From contig DATGTG010000143.1 in the NCBI GenBank assembly GCA_035301965.1, forward strand, positions 1 to 33,971: 33,971 nt of DNA. Direction: 5' to 3'. Every line of letters begins with the position of its first letter. The stretch's first letter is position 1. The position numbers and the translations under genes are program-made. A model generated the notes under the pieces. It was given only the letters and a program-made list of their open reading frames with translations, was not told the origin of the DNA and searched no databases. This DNA comes from Wenzhouxiangella sp. Lineage in GTDB: Bacteria; Pseudomonadota; Gammaproteobacteria; Xanthomonadales; Wenzhouxiangellaceae. Below are positions 1 to 10,957 of the stretch, piece after piece.

Positions 1-141
1 GACATGGTGATGCCAGGTGACAACGTTCAGATGGCTGTTGAGCTGATTGCTCCTGTTGCCATGGAGACGGGTCTGCGTTTTGCGATTCGCGAAGGCGGTC
101 GTACCGTGGGCGCCGGCGTGGTCGCAAAGATCGTCGAGTAA
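1..141 (+). CDS. tuf: Elongation factor Tu, C-terminal fragment (partial, runs off window start)
   Basis: Frame 1 reads [46 protein letters not shown], the typical EF-Tu C-terminus; lies directly upstream of rpsJ. Confidence 0.98.
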   Translation, partial: DMVMPGDNVQMAVELIAPVAMETGLRFAIREGGRTVGAGVVAKIVE

Positions 142-152
142 AGGTACTGGTG

Positions 153-241
153 GCGTGGTGCGGCCTGCTGGCGGCGCCACGCTCTGACCCGTCAAGACAT
201 GATGCTTGCGGGTTTTAGCGCGGCAATGCCAAGGCATTGCC
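153..241 (+). promoter_or_regulatory. Structured S10 leader region (three hairpins)
   Basis: Stems at 153-182 (imperfect), 186-214 (bulged) and 222-241 (GGCAATGCC-AA-GGCATTGCC) in the tuf-rpsJ spacer; regulatory role inferred from position only. Confidence 0.45.
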
Positions 242-281
242 TTGATGTTTTGATCTTTATAAATACTGAAGGCGTACGGCA

Positions 282-593
282 ATGGCCGAACAAAAGATCC
301 GTATACGTTTGAAGGGCTTCGACCACCGTCTTATTGACCGGTCAACCCAGGAAATCGTTGATACCGCCAAGCGCACGGGTGCGCAGGTGCGTGGGCCCAT
401 TCCCTTGCCAACGCGCAAGGAGCGCTACACGCTGCTGATTTCACCGCATGTCAACAAGGATGCGCGTGATCAGTACGAAATCCGCACCCACAAGCGGTTG
501 CTGGATATTGTCGATCCCAATGACAAGACCGTTGATGCCCTGATGAAGCTGGATTTGGCTGCGGGCGTCGATGTTCAGATCAAGTTGTATTGA
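282..593 (+). CDS. rpsJ: 30S ribosomal protein S10
   Basis: [31 protein letters not shown] motifs; 103 aa. Confidence 0.99.
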   Translation: MAEQKIRIRLKGFDHRLIDRSTQEIVDTAKRTGAQVRGPIPLPTRKERYTLLISPHVNKDARDQYEIRTHKRLLDIVDPNDKTVDALMKLDLAAGVDVQIKLY

Positions 594-603
594 GGCAGCA
601 GAA

Positions 604-1242
604 ATGAGTATCGGACTGATAGGGCGCAAGCGCGGTATGACCCGGGTGTTCACCGAAGAAGGTGACTCCATTCCGGTGACCGTTATCGAGGTCGGCCCCA
701 ATCGCATTACCCAGATTCGCAGTGACGAGGTGGACGGTTACTCGGCCATCCAGGTCACCAGCGGCAGCAGGCGTGCGTCTTTGGTATCCCGTCCCATGGC
801 CGGGCATTACGCCAGGGCCGGCGTTGAGGCCGGTGAGGGCCTGTGGGAGTTCAGGCTGGACCCCGCTGGCGATGAGGATCTTGAAGTCGGCGCCGAGCTG
901 ACGGTTGAGCGCTTTGAGCCGGGTCAGAAGGTTGATGTGACGGGCACCTCCAAGGGCAAGGGTTTTGCCGGTGTGGTCAAGCGCCACAACTTCAGCATGC
1001 AGGACGCGACGCACGGCAACTCGCTGGCGCATCGTGCACCGGGCTCCATTGGCCAGTGCCAAACACCTGGTCGGGTGTTCAAGGGCAAGAAAATGGCCGG
1101 TCACATGGGCAGTGAGCGCAAGACCGTACTCAATCTTCAGATTGTTCGCGTTGATTCCGAACGCAATCTGCTGCTTGTTCGTGGCGCAGTGCCCGGAGCG
1201 GCTGGCGGCCATGTGATGGTCAGGCCGTCGGTCAAGGCCTGA
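604..1242 (+). CDS. rplC: 50S ribosomal protein L3
   Basis: [36 protein letters not shown]; start set at ATG 604 after GAGG. Confidence 0.98.
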   Translation: MSIGLIGRKRGMTRVFTEEGDSIPVTVIEVGPNRITQIRSDEVDGYSAIQVTSGSRRASLVSRPMAGHYARAGVEAGEGLWEFRLDPAGDEDLEVGAELTVERFEPGQKVDVTGTSKGKGFAGVVKRHNFSMQDATHGNSLAHRAPGSIGQCQTPGRVFKGKKMAGHMGSERKTVLNLQIVRVDSERNLLLVRGAVPGAAGGHVMVRPSVKA

Positions 1243-1259
1243 GGATCAAGGAGAGTTTG

Positions 1260-1868
1260 ATGGAACTTGCAATTAAGGACAGCAGCGCAATCAAGGTCTC
1301 TGATGAGATCTTTGGTCGCGACTTCTCCGAGGCGCTGGTGCATCAGGTGGTCACGGCCTATCTGGCCGGAGGTCGCTCTGGCACCAAAGCGCAAAAGAAC
1401 CGCGCTGCAGCATCCGGCGGTGGTCGCAAGCCGTGGCGTCAGAAAGGCACCGGCAATGCACGTGCCGGCTCAATACGAAGCCCGATCTGGCGCGGCGGCG
1501 GCGTGACCTTTGCAGCACAGCCCAGGGATCACAGCCACAAGGTGAACCGCAAGCAGTACCGCGCGGGACTTAAGTCCATACTTTCCGAGCTTGTTCGTCA
1601 GGATCGGCTGGTGGTGGTTGAAAACCTGTCCGTGGACGAGCCAAGGACGCGCCTGGTTTCAGCCATGCTCAATGAGCTCAACCCGGCCGGCGGCCGGACA
1701 GTGCTTGTCGATGCTGAAATAGCCGGGAATCTGTACCTTGGCAGCAGGAATCTGCGCAACGTTTACGTTAGAGAGGCCGATGCGCTTGATCCGGTCACGC
1801 TGGTCAGCGCTGACAAGGTGGTTCTGACCAGGGCGGCAGTTGAGAAAATTCAGGAGTGGTTGGCATGA
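1260..1868 (+). CDS. rplD: 50S ribosomal protein L4
   Basis: [27 protein letters not shown] motif; AGGAG upstream. Confidence 0.98.
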   Translation: MELAIKDSSAIKVSDEIFGRDFSEALVHQVVTAYLAGGRSGTKAQKNRAAASGGGRKPWRQKGTGNARAGSIRSPIWRGGGVTFAAQPRDHSHKVNRKQYRAGLKSILSELVRQDRLVVVENLSVDEPRTRLVSAMLNELNPAGGRTVLVDAEIAGNLYLGSRNLRNVYVREADALDPVTLVSADKVVLTRAAVEKIQEWLA

Positions 1869-2161
1869 AAACCGAAAAGATGTATCAGGTGGTGCGCCGC
1901 CCTCATGTGTCTGAAAAAACTGCACAGCTGCAGGCGGAGTCCAACCAGTATGTATTTGAAGTGCGCAAGGATGTCAGCAAGGCAGATGTAAAGCGCGCCG
2001 TTGAAGGCTTGTTTGAAGTCGATGTGGAAAGTGTCCGCGTGCTGAATGTCAAGGGCAAGCAAAAGTCCTTTCGCATGATGCCGGGTCGCCAGAAGGGCTG
2101 GAAGAAGGCCTATGTGCGAGTCAGAAGCGGGCAGACCATCGATGAAGTACAAGCAGACTAG
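1865..2161 (+). CDS. rplW: 50S ribosomal protein L23
   Basis: PHVSEK, YVFEV, WKKAYV; ATGA overlap with the rplD stop. Confidence 0.97.
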   Translation: MKTEKMYQVVRRPHVSEKTAQLQAESNQYVFEVRKDVSKADVKRAVEGLFEVDVESVRVLNVKGKQKSFRMMPGRQKGWKKAYVRVRSGQTIDEVQAD

Positions 2162-2187
2162 GAATTGAGCGAGCCAGGAATATAGAC

Positions 2188-3015
2188 ATGGCAACTGTCA
2201 AAATGAAACCGACTTCTCCCGGACGCCGTGGTCGTGTGCGCAATCGCCATGACCACCTGTGGAAGGGCGAGCCTTACGCGCCGTTGCTTGAACCGCAAAA
2301 AAGCACGGGTGGCAGAAACAACGCCGGTCGTACAACAACCCGTCACCGGGGCGGCGGACACAAGCACCACTATCGCCGCATTGACTTCAAGCGCGACAAG
2401 GACGGCGTGCGTGGCGTGGTCGAGCGTATTGAATACGATCCCAACCGCAGTGCACACATTGCGCTGGTCAAGTATCTTGATGGTGATCGTCGTTATATTC
2501 TTGCGCCGCGTCGTGTAAAGGTTGGTGACGAGATTCTCAGCGGCAGCGAGGCACCCATCAAGCCGGGCAACGCCATGCAGATGCGTTCCATTCCGGTTGG
2601 CACCCAGATTCACGCTGTTGAGATGCGTCCGGGCAAGGGTGCCCAGATTGCTCGTAGCGCCGGTACCTTTGTCAACCTGGTGGCTCGCGAAGGCCAGTAT
2701 GTAATTCTGCTGCTGCGCTCCGGCGAGACCCGCAGGATTCACTCCAGCTGCCGGGCCACCATTGGCCAGGTGGCCAATACGGAGCACAGCCTGCAAAAGC
2801 TTGGCAAAGCCGGCGCAAACCGCTGGCGCGGCGTTCGTCCATCCACCCGCGGTGTAGCCATGAACCCGGTTGATCACCCCCATGGTGGTGGTGAAGGCCG
2901 CAGCACCAGCGGGCGCCACCCGGTGACCCCGTGGGGCATCAAGACCAAGGGCAAGCGCACTCGTACAAACAAGCGCACATCGAAATATATTTCGCGTCCG
3001 CGCAAGAAGAGATAA
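2188..3015 (+). CDS. rplB: 50S ribosomal protein L2
   Basis: [27 protein letters not shown]; 275 aa. Confidence 0.99.
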   Translation: MATVKMKPTSPGRRGRVRNRHDHLWKGEPYAPLLEPQKSTGGRNNAGRTTTRHRGGGHKHHYRRIDFKRDKDGVRGVVERIEYDPNRSAHIALVKYLDGDRRYILAPRRVKVGDEILSGSEAPIKPGNAMQMRSIPVGTQIHAVEMRPGKGAQIARSAGTFVNLVAREGQYVILLLRSGETRRIHSSCRATIGQVANTEHSLQKLGKAGANRWRGVRPSTRGVAMNPVDHPHGGGEGRSTSGRHPVTPWGIKTKGKRTRTNKRTSKYISRPRKKR

Positions 3016-3027
3016 TCAGGAATAGTC

Positions 3028-3300
3028 ATGCCACGTTCGATCAAAAAAGGCCCATTTGTTGACCACCACCTTCAGGCGAAGGTGGAGGCGGCCATAGAAA
3101 CCAACAACAGGCGTCCAATCAAGACCTGGTCGCGCCGCTCAATGATTCTGCCCGAGATGGTCGGCCTGACTATTGCCGTGCATAACGGACGACAGCACAT
3201 GCCGATCCTGATCAACGAGAACATGGTGGGGCACAAGCTGGGCGAGTTTGCGCCAACCAGAACTTTCAGGGGTCACAGCGGTGACCGCAAGTCCAGGTAA
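3028..3300 (+). CDS. rpsS: 30S ribosomal protein S19
   Basis: [30 protein letters not shown]. Confidence 0.99.
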   Translation: MPRSIKKGPFVDHHLQAKVEAAIETNNRRPIKTWSRRSMILPEMVGLTIAVHNGRQHMPILINENMVGHKLGEFAPTRTFRGHSGDRKSR

Positions 3301-3318
3301 ACAAGGATTCTGACGATT

Positions 3319-3651
3319 ATGGAAGCTACAGCAAAGCTGATGGGTGCGCGCATTTCGCCGCAAAAGGCCCGCCTGGTCGTTGATCAGATTCGTGGCTTGC
3401 CTGTTGAGCAGGCCGAGCAGGTTCTTGCCTTCAGCAACAAGAAGGCCGCGCATATGGTTCGCAAGGTGCTCATGTCGGCACTGGCCAACGCGGAGCACAA
3501 CAGCGGGGCCGATATTGACGAACTCAGGGTGCGCACGGCGTTTGTTGATGAAGGGCCGGTGTTCAAGCGCGGTCGCCCGCGCGCCAAGGGCCGTTTTACG
3601 CGTATTTTGAAACGCACCAGCCACATTACCATTGTCGTGGCAGAGGACTGA
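3319..3651 (+). CDS. rplV: 50S ribosomal protein L22
   Basis: [31 protein letters not shown]; 110 aa. Confidence 0.98.
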   Translation: MEATAKLMGARISPQKARLVVDQIRGLPVEQAEQVLAFSNKKAAHMVRKVLMSALANAEHNSGADIDELRVRTAFVDEGPVFKRGRPRAKGRFTRILKRTSHITIVVAED

Positions 3652-3656
3652 ACATT

Positions 3657-4346
3657 ATGGGTAACAAGGTACATCCAACCGGGTTTCGCCTGGGTATTGC
3701 CAAGGACTGGCGAGCCAAGTGGTATGCGGAGTCGGCTGATTTTGCCGATCAGCTGAATTCCGACCTGGAGGTCAGGAGCTTTCTTGAGAAAGCGCTGTCT
3801 CACGCTGCGGTAAGCTCGATAGAGATCGAGCGCCCGGCAAAGTCTGCGGAAATTACCATTCACACTGCTCGCCCCGGAATAGTCATTGGCAAAAAGGGTG
3901 AGGACATCGAGCGCCTGCGCAAGCAGACAAGCAAGATGCTCGGCGTGCCCACTCACATACGGGTGGCTGAAATACGCAAGCCCGAGCTCGATGCCCGACT
4001 GGTGGCCGACAGCATTGCCCAGCAGCTGGAACGCCGCGTCATGTTCAGGCGCGCCATGAAGAGAGCGGTTGGCAATGCGATGCGTTTGGGTGCACTGGGC
4101 ATTCGTGTGCAGGTGGGTGGACGCCTGAATGGTGCGGACATCGCGCGCAGCGAGTGGTATCGCGAGGGTCGGGTGCCCTTGCACACCCTGCGTGCCGACA
4201 TCGATTATGGCACCGCAGAAGCTGAAACAACCTACGGCATCATTGGTATCAAGGTCTGGGTGTACAAGGGCGAGGTCTTCGACTTGTATGCCGAGAAAGG
4301 TTCGGAAAAGGCATCGCCAGGCGGCGGTGCACGCAAGGAGAGCTGA
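3657..4346 (+). CDS. rpsC: 30S ribosomal protein S3
   Basis: [37 protein letters not shown]. Confidence 0.99.
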   Translation: MGNKVHPTGFRLGIAKDWRAKWYAESADFADQLNSDLEVRSFLEKALSHAAVSSIEIERPAKSAEITIHTARPGIVIGKKGEDIERLRKQTSKMLGVPTHIRVAEIRKPELDARLVADSIAQQLERRVMFRRAMKRAVGNAMRLGALGIRVQVGGRLNGADIARSEWYREGRVPLHTLRADIDYGTAEAETTYGIIGIKVWVYKGEVFDLYAEKGSEKASPGGGARKES

Positions 4347-4349
4347 GTC

Positions 4350-4760
4350 ATGCTGCAGCCGAGACGCACCAAATTCAGAAAGCAGCAGAAAGGGCGCAAT
4401 CGCGGACTGGCCCAGGTGGGTAACCGCGTGAGCTTCGGTGAATTTGGCCTGCAGGCCACTTCCCGCGGAAACCTGACTGCGCGTCAGATCGAGTCGGCCA
4501 GAAGAGCGATCACCCGCTATGTCAAGCGTGGCGGCAAACTGTGGATCAGGGTGTTCCCCGACAAGCCGATCACCAACAAGCCGGTTGAGGTTCGCATGGG
4601 CAAGGGCAAGGGCAACGTTGAATACTGGGTTGCGCCTGTTCAGCCCGGGCGCATGCTCTATGAGATCCAGGGTGTCAGCGAAGAGGTGGCGCGCGAGGCT
4701 TTTCGCCTGGCTGCCGCCAAGCTGAGCGTTCGCACCACGTTTGTAGAAAGGGCGCTGTAA
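4350..4760 (+). CDS. rplP: 50S ribosomal protein L16
   Basis: [27 protein letters not shown]. Confidence 0.99.
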   Translation: MLQPRRTKFRKQQKGRNRGLAQVGNRVSFGEFGLQATSRGNLTARQIESARRAITRYVKRGGKLWIRVFPDKPITNKPVEVRMGKGKGNVEYWVAPVQPGRMLYEIQGVSEEVAREAFRLAAAKLSVRTTFVERAL

Positions 4761-4960
4761 TGAAAGCGAGTGAACTCAGACAAAAGAGCGTCAATGAACT
4801 TGACGGAATGTTGCTGGAATTGCGCAAGGAGCAGTTTGCACTGCGCATGCAGCATGGCACGGGTCAGCTCGATCAGCCACACGAGCTGCGCCGGGTGCGC
4901 AGAAGCATTGCCCGGATCAAGACGGTGCGCAGCCAAATCAACGATGGGAAGAAGTCATGA
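4760..4960 (+). CDS. rpmC: 50S ribosomal protein L29
   Basis: MKASELR...EQFALRMQ...RRSIARIKT; TAATG overlap with rplP. Confidence 0.97.
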   Translation: MKASELRQKSVNELDGMLLELRKEQFALRMQHGTGQLDQPHELRRVRRSIARIKTVRSQINDGKKS

Positions 4961-5217
4961 GCAATGATGATCGCAAACAGCGCAGCCTGACCGGTAAGGT
5001 TGTCAGTGACAAGATGGACAAAACGGTCACCGTGCGCCTTGAGAGACTGGTGAAGCACCCGTTGTACGGAAAGTACATTCGTCGCTCGAGCAAGGTTCAT
5101 GCCCATGACCCGGAAAATGATTGCCGTGAGGGCGACACTGTGCGCATCGAGCATGTTCGGCCCATTTCCAAAACCAAGACCTGGCACGTTGTAGAAGTGC
5201 TGGAGCGGGCTCAGTAA
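4957..5217 (+). CDS. rpsQ: 30S ribosomal protein S17
   Basis: [24 protein letters not shown]. Confidence 0.99.
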   Translation: MSNDDRKQRSLTGKVVSDKMDKTVTVRLERLVKHPLYGKYIRRSSKVHAHDPENDCREGDTVRIEHVRPISKTKTWHVVEVLERAQ

Positions 5218-5230
5218 GCGGAGCAGTAAA

Positions 5231-5599
5231 ATGATACAGATGCAATCAAGGCTTTCTGTGGCCGATAACAGCGGTGCACGTGACGTTATGTGCATCAAGG
5301 TGTTGGGCGGCTCCAAGCGCCGCTATGCCAACATCGGTGACGTCATCAAGGTGACGGTCCGTGACGCCATCCCGCGTGGTCGGGTAAAGAAGGGCGAGGT
5401 TTATAATGCTGTTGTGGTTCGCACCGCCAAGGGTGTGCGCCGACGCGATGGTTCATTGATCAGATTTGACAACAACGCCGCCGTTCTTCTCAACAGCAAG
5501 CTTGAGCCGATTGGCACGCGTATCTTCGGACCGGTGACCCGTGAGCTGCGCACAAACCAGTTCATGAAGATCGTGTCACTGGCGCCGGAAGTATTGTAA
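5231..5599 (+). CDS. rplN: 50S ribosomal protein L14
   Basis: [22 protein letters not shown]; 122 aa. Confidence 0.99.
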   Translation: MIQMQSRLSVADNSGARDVMCIKVLGGSKRRYANIGDVIKVTVRDAIPRGRVKKGEVYNAVVVRTAKGVRRRDGSLIRFDNNAAVLLNSKLEPIGTRIFGPVTRELRTNQFMKIVSLAPEVL

Positions 5600-5609
5600 G
5601 GAGAGCAGC

Positions 5610-5927
5610 ATGAAGCGTATTCGCAAGGGCGATGAGGTCATCGTGATAGCCGGACGCAGCAAGGGTCAGCGCGGGCATGTGCTCAGGGTACTGAAGGACC
5701 AGCGCTTGCTTGTCGAGAATGTCAACATGATCAAGCGACACCAGAAGCCCGATCCTCAAATTCAGCAGCCCGGTGGCATTATCGAGCGTGAGGCGCCGAT
5801 TCATGCGTCAAACGTCATGCTGTTCAACCCCACCACAGGCAAGGGCGACCGCGTCGGCTTCAAGCTGCTTGAAGACGGCCGCAAGGTTCGCTTTTATCGT
5901 GGGACTGGTGAGGTTGTCGATATCTGA
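5610..5927 (+). CDS. rplX: 50S ribosomal protein L24
   Basis: IRKGDEVIVIAG KOW-like motif, EAPIHASNV. Confidence 0.98.
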   Translation: MKRIRKGDEVIVIAGRSKGQRGHVLRVLKDQRLLVENVNMIKRHQKPDPQIQQPGGIIEREAPIHASNVMLFNPTTGKGDRVGFKLLEDGRKVRFYRGTGEVVDI

Positions 5928-6003
5928 CAGCTGGTATTGAGGCTGTAGTTCAGCATCAGACACAATGCGGCAGCAGCCGGCAACAGAGATTTTGGAAAAG
6001 ACA

Positions 6004-6546
6004 ATGGCAAGGCTTAAAGAATTTTACAGGAATGAAGTGATCGGCAAACTGACCGAGCGCTTTGGTTATTCCAACCCCATGCAGGTGCCGAAAATATCCC
6101 ATATCACCATCAACATGGGTGTGGGTGAGGCTGTGGGTGACAGAAAGGTCATGGACCACGCGGTGTCTGACATGGCAAAGATTGCCGGTCAGCAGCCGAT
6201 CATTACCAAGGCGCGCAAGTCGGTGGCCAGCTTCAAGATCCGCGACGATTATCCGATCGGCTGCAAGGTGACCTTGCGGCGCGAGAGAATGTATGAGTTT
6301 CTCGATCGGCTGATCAATATTTCACTGCCGCGTGTGCGTGACTTCCGTGGCTTGCCGCGCAAATCCTTTGATGGACGCGGCAACTACAACCTGGGCATCA
6401 GGGAGCAGATCATCTTTCCTGAAATCGACTATGACCAGGTGGACAAGCTGCGTGGAATGGATATCGCAATCACTACAACCGCGAATACCGATGAAGAGGG
6501 GTTTGCCCTTCTCGAGGCCTTCGGTTTTCCGTTTCGTGGCAAGTAA
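6004..6546 (+). CDS. rplE: 50S ribosomal protein L5
   Basis: MARLK start, [22 protein letters not shown]. Confidence 0.98.
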   Translation: MARLKEFYRNEVIGKLTERFGYSNPMQVPKISHITINMGVGEAVGDRKVMDHAVSDMAKIAGQQPIITKARKSVASFKIRDDYPIGCKVTLRRERMYEFLDRLINISLPRVRDFRGLPRKSFDGRGNYNLGIREQIIFPEIDYDQVDKLRGMDIAITTTANTDEEGFALLEAFGFPFRGK

Positions 6547-6558
6547 GGAGAGCTAGCA

Positions 6559-6864
6559 ATGGCCAAGGTTTCTATGATTCAGCGTGAAGTCAGGCGCGAA
6601 AAGCTGGTTGACAAGTATGCCAGCAAGCGTGCCGAGCTTAAAAAGATCATTTCTGATCCCAACGTTGATTTTGATGACAAGCAGGCGGCAATGCATGCGC
6701 TTAACAAGTTGCCCAGAGACTCATCGCCGGTTCGCAAACGCAACCGGTGCCGCCAGTCCGGTCGGCCTCGGGGCGTGTATCGCAAGTTTGGCCTGGGGCG
6801 CAACAAGCTGCGCAAGGCTGCAATGCGTGGCGATATTCCCGGTCTGCGCAAGTCCAGCTGGTAA
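6559..6864 (+). CDS. rpsN: 30S ribosomal protein S14 (long 101-aa form without the four-Cys zinc site)
   Basis: [23 protein letters not shown]; only one Cys. Confidence 0.98.
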   Translation: MAKVSMIQREVRREKLVDKYASKRAELKKIISDPNVDFDDKQAAMHALNKLPRDSSPVRKRNRCRQSGRPRGVYRKFGLGRNKLRKAAMRGDIPGLRKSSW

Positions 6865-6876
6865 GGAGAGACAGCC

Positions 6877-7272
6877 ATGAGCATGAGTGATCCAATTGCC
6901 GATATGCTGATTCGCATCAAGAACGCCCAGGCGGTCAACAAGCGCAGCGTCAGCATGTCCGCATCAAATATCAAGGCCGCCATTGCTTCCGTTTTGAAGG
7001 ACGAGGGTTATATTCAGGATTTCAGACTGGAAGACGGAAAGGTCGGGCAGGAGCTGCACATTGACCTTAAGTATATGGAAGGCCGGGGCGTGATTGAAAA
7101 GATGGAGCGCTACAGTCGCCCAAGTCGCCGCACCTACTTTGGCAAGGACGAACTGCCCACTGTTCTTGATGGGCTTGGCATCGCCATAGTCAGTACTTCT
7201 CGCGGGGTGATGACCGATGCGCGCGCGCGTGCTGAAGGCCACGGCGGCGAAGTGCTGTGCCTGGTTGCCTGA
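6877..7272 (+). CDS. rpsH: 30S ribosomal protein S8
   Basis: [31 protein letters not shown]. Confidence 0.99.
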   Translation: MSMSDPIADMLIRIKNAQAVNKRSVSMSASNIKAAIASVLKDEGYIQDFRLEDGKVGQELHIDLKYMEGRGVIEKMERYSRPSRRTYFGKDELPTVLDGLGIAIVSTSRGVMTDARARAEGHGGEVLCLVA

Positions 7273-7294
7273 CCGCTTTTTGGAGATTTGAGCA

Positions 7295-7822
7295 ATGTCA
7301 AGAATAGCCAACGCACCCATAGAACTGCCCAAGGGCGTGGAGTTCAGTTATGACGCCGGGCAGGCCAGCGCCAAGGGTGGCAAGGGTGAACTGCAAATGA
7401 ACATTCACCCGGATGTCGCGCTTGAGATTGAGGATGGCACTGTGCGCGTGGTTGCGTCTAACAGCCATGCGGCCGCGATTGCCGGAACCATGCGCTCGCT
7501 GCTGGCCAACATGATTCACGGCGTCAGCGAGGGTTTTGAAAAGAAGCTGCAGCTTATTGGCGTGGGCTATCGTGCCCAGGCCCAGGGCAAAAAGCTCAAC
7601 CTGCAGCTTGGCTTCAGCCATCCTGTCGAATTCGAGGTGCCTGAAGGTGTTTCCGTTGAGACGCCCAGCCAGACCGAAGTTGTGGTTCGCGGAAGCGACA
7701 AGCAGCTGGTTGGCCAGGTGGCCGCAAAAATTCGGGCTTACCGGCCGCCGGAGCCTTACAAGGGCAAGGGTGTGCGGTATGAGGATGAATACGTGCTGAT
7801 GAAGGAAGCCAAGAAGGCTTGA
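7295..7822 (+). CDS. rplF: 50S ribosomal protein L6
   Basis: [24 protein letters not shown]. Confidence 0.99.
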   Translation: MSRIANAPIELPKGVEFSYDAGQASAKGGKGELQMNIHPDVALEIEDGTVRVVASNSHAAAIAGTMRSLLANMIHGVSEGFEKKLQLIGVGYRAQAQGKKLNLQLGFSHPVEFEVPEGVSVETPSQTEVVVRGSDKQLVGQVAAKIRAYRPPEPYKGKGVRYEDEYVLMKEAKKA

Positions 7823-7832
7823 GGAAGCAATC

Positions 7833-8189
7833 ATGAACTACAAGGAAAAATCGAGATTGCGACGGGCTCGCAAGACGCGTGCCAGAATCGCCCGGTCGGG
7901 CAAGGCACGTTTGAGCGTGTTCCGCTCCGGACGTCATATTTATGCGCAGGTGATCGCGCCTGGCGGTGGCAACACCCTGGCTGCAGCGTCAACCGTGCAA
8001 AAAGACCTGTCCGAAGGCCTCGAGAGCACTTGCAATATTGCAGCGGCCCAGGCGGTCGGACAAAAGATCGCAGAACGAAGCCTGCAGGCCGGCGTCGAAG
8101 ATGTAGCCTTCGATCGCTCGGGTTACAAATACCACGGACGGGTCAAGGCGCTGGCAGAGGCTGCGCGTGAAGCCGGTCTGAAGTTTTAA
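7833..8189 (+). CDS. rplR: 50S ribosomal protein L18
   Basis: [30 protein letters not shown]. Confidence 0.99.
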   Translation: MNYKEKSRLRRARKTRARIARSGKARLSVFRSGRHIYAQVIAPGGGNTLAAASTVQKDLSEGLESTCNIAAAQAVGQKIAERSLQAGVEDVAFDRSGYKYHGRVKALAEAAREAGLKF

Positions 8190-8206
8190 CGTAAACGGAA
8201 CTGATC

Positions 8207-8713
8207 ATGGCAAGAGAAAACACCTCCGACGATCTGATCGAAAAGCTGGTAACGGTCAATCGAGTTGTCAAAGTGGTCAAGGGCGGCCGTCACTTCAGCT
8301 TTACGGCGCTTGCAGTCGTGGGTGATGGCGAGGGCAAGGTCGGCTTTGGCTATGGCAAGGCCCGTGAAGTGCCCCTGGCCATCCAGAAGGCCATGGAACG
8401 TGCGCGTCGCGACATGGTCACCATTTCGCTTAATGAGGGAACCCTTTGGCATCCTCTCAAATCGCGCCACAGCGGCTCGCGCGTATACATGCAGCCAGCC
8501 TCTGAAGGTACGGGCGTAATTGCAGGCGGCCCCATGCGCGCGGTGTTCGAGGCGGTGGGCGTCCATGATGTCCTGGCCAAGAGCATCGGGTCGAACAACC
8601 CCATCAACCTTGTGCGGGCCACCATGAAGGGCCTGCAGGCGATGATGTCTCCTGAAAAGGTTGCCGCCAAGCGCGGCAAGTCGGTAGAAGAGGTCCTGGC
8701 AAACCATGGCTGA
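8207..8713 (+). CDS. rpsE: 30S ribosomal protein S5
   Basis: [22 protein letters not shown]. Confidence 0.99.
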   Translation: MARENTSDDLIEKLVTVNRVVKVVKGGRHFSFTALAVVGDGEGKVGFGYGKAREVPLAIQKAMERARRDMVTISLNEGTLWHPLKSRHSGSRVYMQPASEGTGVIAGGPMRAVFEAVGVHDVLAKSIGSNNPINLVRATMKGLQAMMSPEKVAAKRGKSVEEVLANHG

Positions 8714-8900
8714 AAACACCAACAAGAAGATTCGCGTCACCCTGGTGCGAAGCATCAACAGTACGCTTGCCAAGCATCGCCAGACGGTGCGCGGTTTGGG
8801 ATTGCGTCGCATGCATCACAGCGTCGAGCTGGAGGACACCCCTGCAATTCGAGGCATGATTCGGCAGGTTGACTATCTGCTCCAGGTTGAAGAAGTCTGA
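8706..8900 (+). CDS. rpmD: 50S ribosomal protein L30
   Basis: [23 protein letters not shown]. Confidence 0.97.
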   Translation: MAENTNKKIRVTLVRSINSTLAKHRQTVRGLGLRRMHHSVELEDTPAIRGMIRQVDYLLQVEEV

Positions 8901-8921
8901 CAATTATTTTAGGCAACGATT

Positions 8922-9353
8922 ATGAAACTCAATACAATTCAGCCTGCAAAAGGCAGCCGCAGGGCTCGCAAGCGCGTTGGGCGCGGTATTGGTTCCGGCC
9001 TCGGAAAAACCGGCGGTCGCGGGCACAAGGGACAAAAGTCACGCTCGGGCGGTTACAGCAAGGTTGGCTTTGAAGGCGGCCAGATGCCCATTCAGCGTCG
9101 TTTGCCAAAGGTGGGCTTCCGCTCGGCGGTTAACACCCATACAGCGGAGCTGCGGCTTTACCAGCTTGGCGGCCTGAAATCCGATGTGATCGATCTTGAT
9201 ACGCTCAAGGAGGCCGGTCTCGTTTCCCGCTCCACCAAAAAGGTGCGCCTGATCAAGGCGGGCGAAATTGACCGGGCCGTCACAGTGCGCGGGATTTATG
9301 TAACCAAAGGCGCTGCCGAAGCCGTAGAGGCTGCAGGCGGCAAGGTCGAGTAA
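8922..9353 (+). CDS. rplO: 50S ribosomal protein L15
   Basis: [26 protein letters not shown]. Confidence 0.99.
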   Translation: MKLNTIQPAKGSRRARKRVGRGIGSGLGKTGGRGHKGQKSRSGGYSKVGFEGGQMPIQRRLPKVGFRSAVNTHTAELRLYQLGGLKSDVIDLDTLKEAGLVSRSTKKVRLIKAGEIDRAVTVRGIYVTKGAAEAVEAAGGKVE

Positions 9354-10711
9354 TGGCACGCAATCCATCAGAAATGGCGGGCATGCTCGGCGGCATCGGA
9401 CGCTTGAAAGAGCTTAGACAGCGCCTGTTTGTCGTTGTGCTTGTCCTGATGATTTTCCGTTTTGGAACGTTCATACCGGTTCCGGGAATCAATCCGATTG
9501 CCCTGATCGACCTGATGGACATGTCCAGCGGAACCATTGTTGACATGTTCAACATGTTTTCGGGCGGCGCGCTTGGGCGGTTTTCCATTTTTGCGCTCGG
9601 CGTCATGCCTTATATTTCCGCGGCCATTATCATCCAGCTCATGAGTCATGCCCTGCCACAGCTGCAGCAGCTGCGCAAGGAAGGCGAGTCGGGCCGCAGA
9701 AAGATTACCCAGTACACCCGCTATTTCACGGTTTTGCTGGCGCTCTTTCAGTCGTTTGGCGTTGCCATGGCACTGCAGAGCCAAAGCGCCGGGGCCGGGC
9801 TGCCCGTTGTCATTGTGCCCGGGGCCGGATTTATCATTGCAGCAGTCATTACGCTGACTTCCGGTACTGTATTTCTTATGTGGCTGGGTGAGCAGGTCAC
9901 CGAGCGCGGCATAGGCAACGGGATTTCCATTCTGATTTCTGCCGGAATTATTGCCGGACTCCCTCAGGCTGTGGGCGCAACGCTTGAGCTGGTTCGCACC
10001 GGTCAGCTCGGGATCTTGACCGCCACTTTCCTGCTTGCGCTGGCATTGGCAGTCACCGCATTCATCGTGTTTGTGGAGCGCGGACAGCGGCGCATAACGG
10101 TTAACTATGCACAAAGGCAGGGGCGCCGCGCGTATCGCAACCAGTCCACGCACCTTCCGCTCAAGCTGAACATGTCGGGCGTGATCCCGCCAATTTTCGC
10201 CTCCAGCCTGGTGCTGTTTCCGGCAACGGCTTCCACTTGGTTTGGGCAGGCCGCAAGCGGGGGCTGGATGCAGAACATTGCCCAGCAGCTGAGCCCGGGG
10301 CAGCCGATTTACATTACGATTTATGGCAGTCTGGTGATTTTCTTCTGCTTTTTCTATACCGCTATTGTTTTCAATTCCAAGGAAACGGCAGACAACCTGA
10401 AAAGATCGGGCGCGTTTGTTCCGGGCATCCGCCCGGGGCGCCACACCGCTGAATATATTGACTACATTCTTACCAGGCTGACGCTGATTGGCTCCATCTA
10501 CTTGACAGCCGTCTGCCTGCTGCCGGAATTTCTGATCATGAAGTGGAACGTGCCGTTCTATCTGGGCGGAACATCGCTTCTGATTATTGTGGTTGTGATG
10601 ATGGACTTCATGGCCCAGCTGCAGGCTCACCTGATGTCGCATCAGTATGACAGCCTGCTTAAAAAATCCAACCTCAGAGGCTATGGAAGCAGCGGTGTGG
10701 TCCGTCGCTGA
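9353..10711 (+). CDS. secY: Preprotein translocase subunit SecY
   Basis: [33 protein letters not shown]; multiple hydrophobic segments. Confidence 0.99.
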   Translation: MARNPSEMAGMLGGIGRLKELRQRLFVVVLVLMIFRFGTFIPVPGINPIALIDLMDMSSGTIVDMFNMFSGGALGRFSIFALGVMPYISAAIIIQLMSHALPQLQQLRKEGESGRRKITQYTRYFTVLLALFQSFGVAMALQSQSAGAGLPVVIVPGAGFIIAAVITLTSGTVFLMWLGEQVTERGIGNGISILISAGIIAGLPQAVGATLELVRTGQLGILTATFLLALALAVTAFIVFVERGQRRITVNYAQRQGRRAYRNQSTHLPLKLNMSGVIPPIFASSLVLFPATASTWFGQAASGGWMQNIAQQLSPGQPIYITIYGSLVIFFCFFYTAIVFNSKETADNLKRSGAFVPGIRPGRHTAEYIDYILTRLTLIGSIYLTAVCLLPEFLIMKWNVPFYLGGTSLLIIVVVMMDFMAQLQAHLMSHQYDSLLKKSNLRGYGSSGVVRR

Positions 10712-10747
10712 CGGATGGCCGCAACAGAAACAAGTGGAGAGCAAGTC

Positions 10748-10861
10748 ATGAAGGTTCAGGCATCAGTAAAGAAAATCTGCCGCAATTGCAGAATCGTAAG
10801 ACGCAAGGGCGTTGTGCACGTCATCTGCAGCGACCCAAGGCACAAGCAGCGCCAGGGCTGA
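10748..10861 (+). CDS. rpmJ: 50S ribosomal protein L36, zinc-binding (C+) form; absent from the ORF track
   Basis: Manual translation [37 protein letters not shown] (37 aa); GGAG upstream. Confidence 0.98.
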   Translation: MKVQASVKKICRNCRIVRRKGVVHVICSDPRHKQRQG

Positions 10862-10883
10862 TTGCCGGTTTATGTTGTTGATC

Positions 10884-10912
10884 TTGGCATATGCATCACA
10901 TTCTGCTACAAT
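10884..10912 (+). promoter_or_regulatory. sigma70-type promoter for the alpha operon
   Basis: TTGGCA-N17-TACAAT with TG extended -10, 45 nt upstream of the rpsM start. Confidence 0.7.
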
Positions 10913-10957
10913 GGCCGGTTTGTGTTGCGCCAATACGACCAGTTTCGGAGTAATTGA

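Noticed and set aside
9368-10744. 458-aa antisense ORF over secY
   Set aside because: Mirrors a conserved gene; no recognisable motifs; long antisense frames are expected from GC-rich codon bias.
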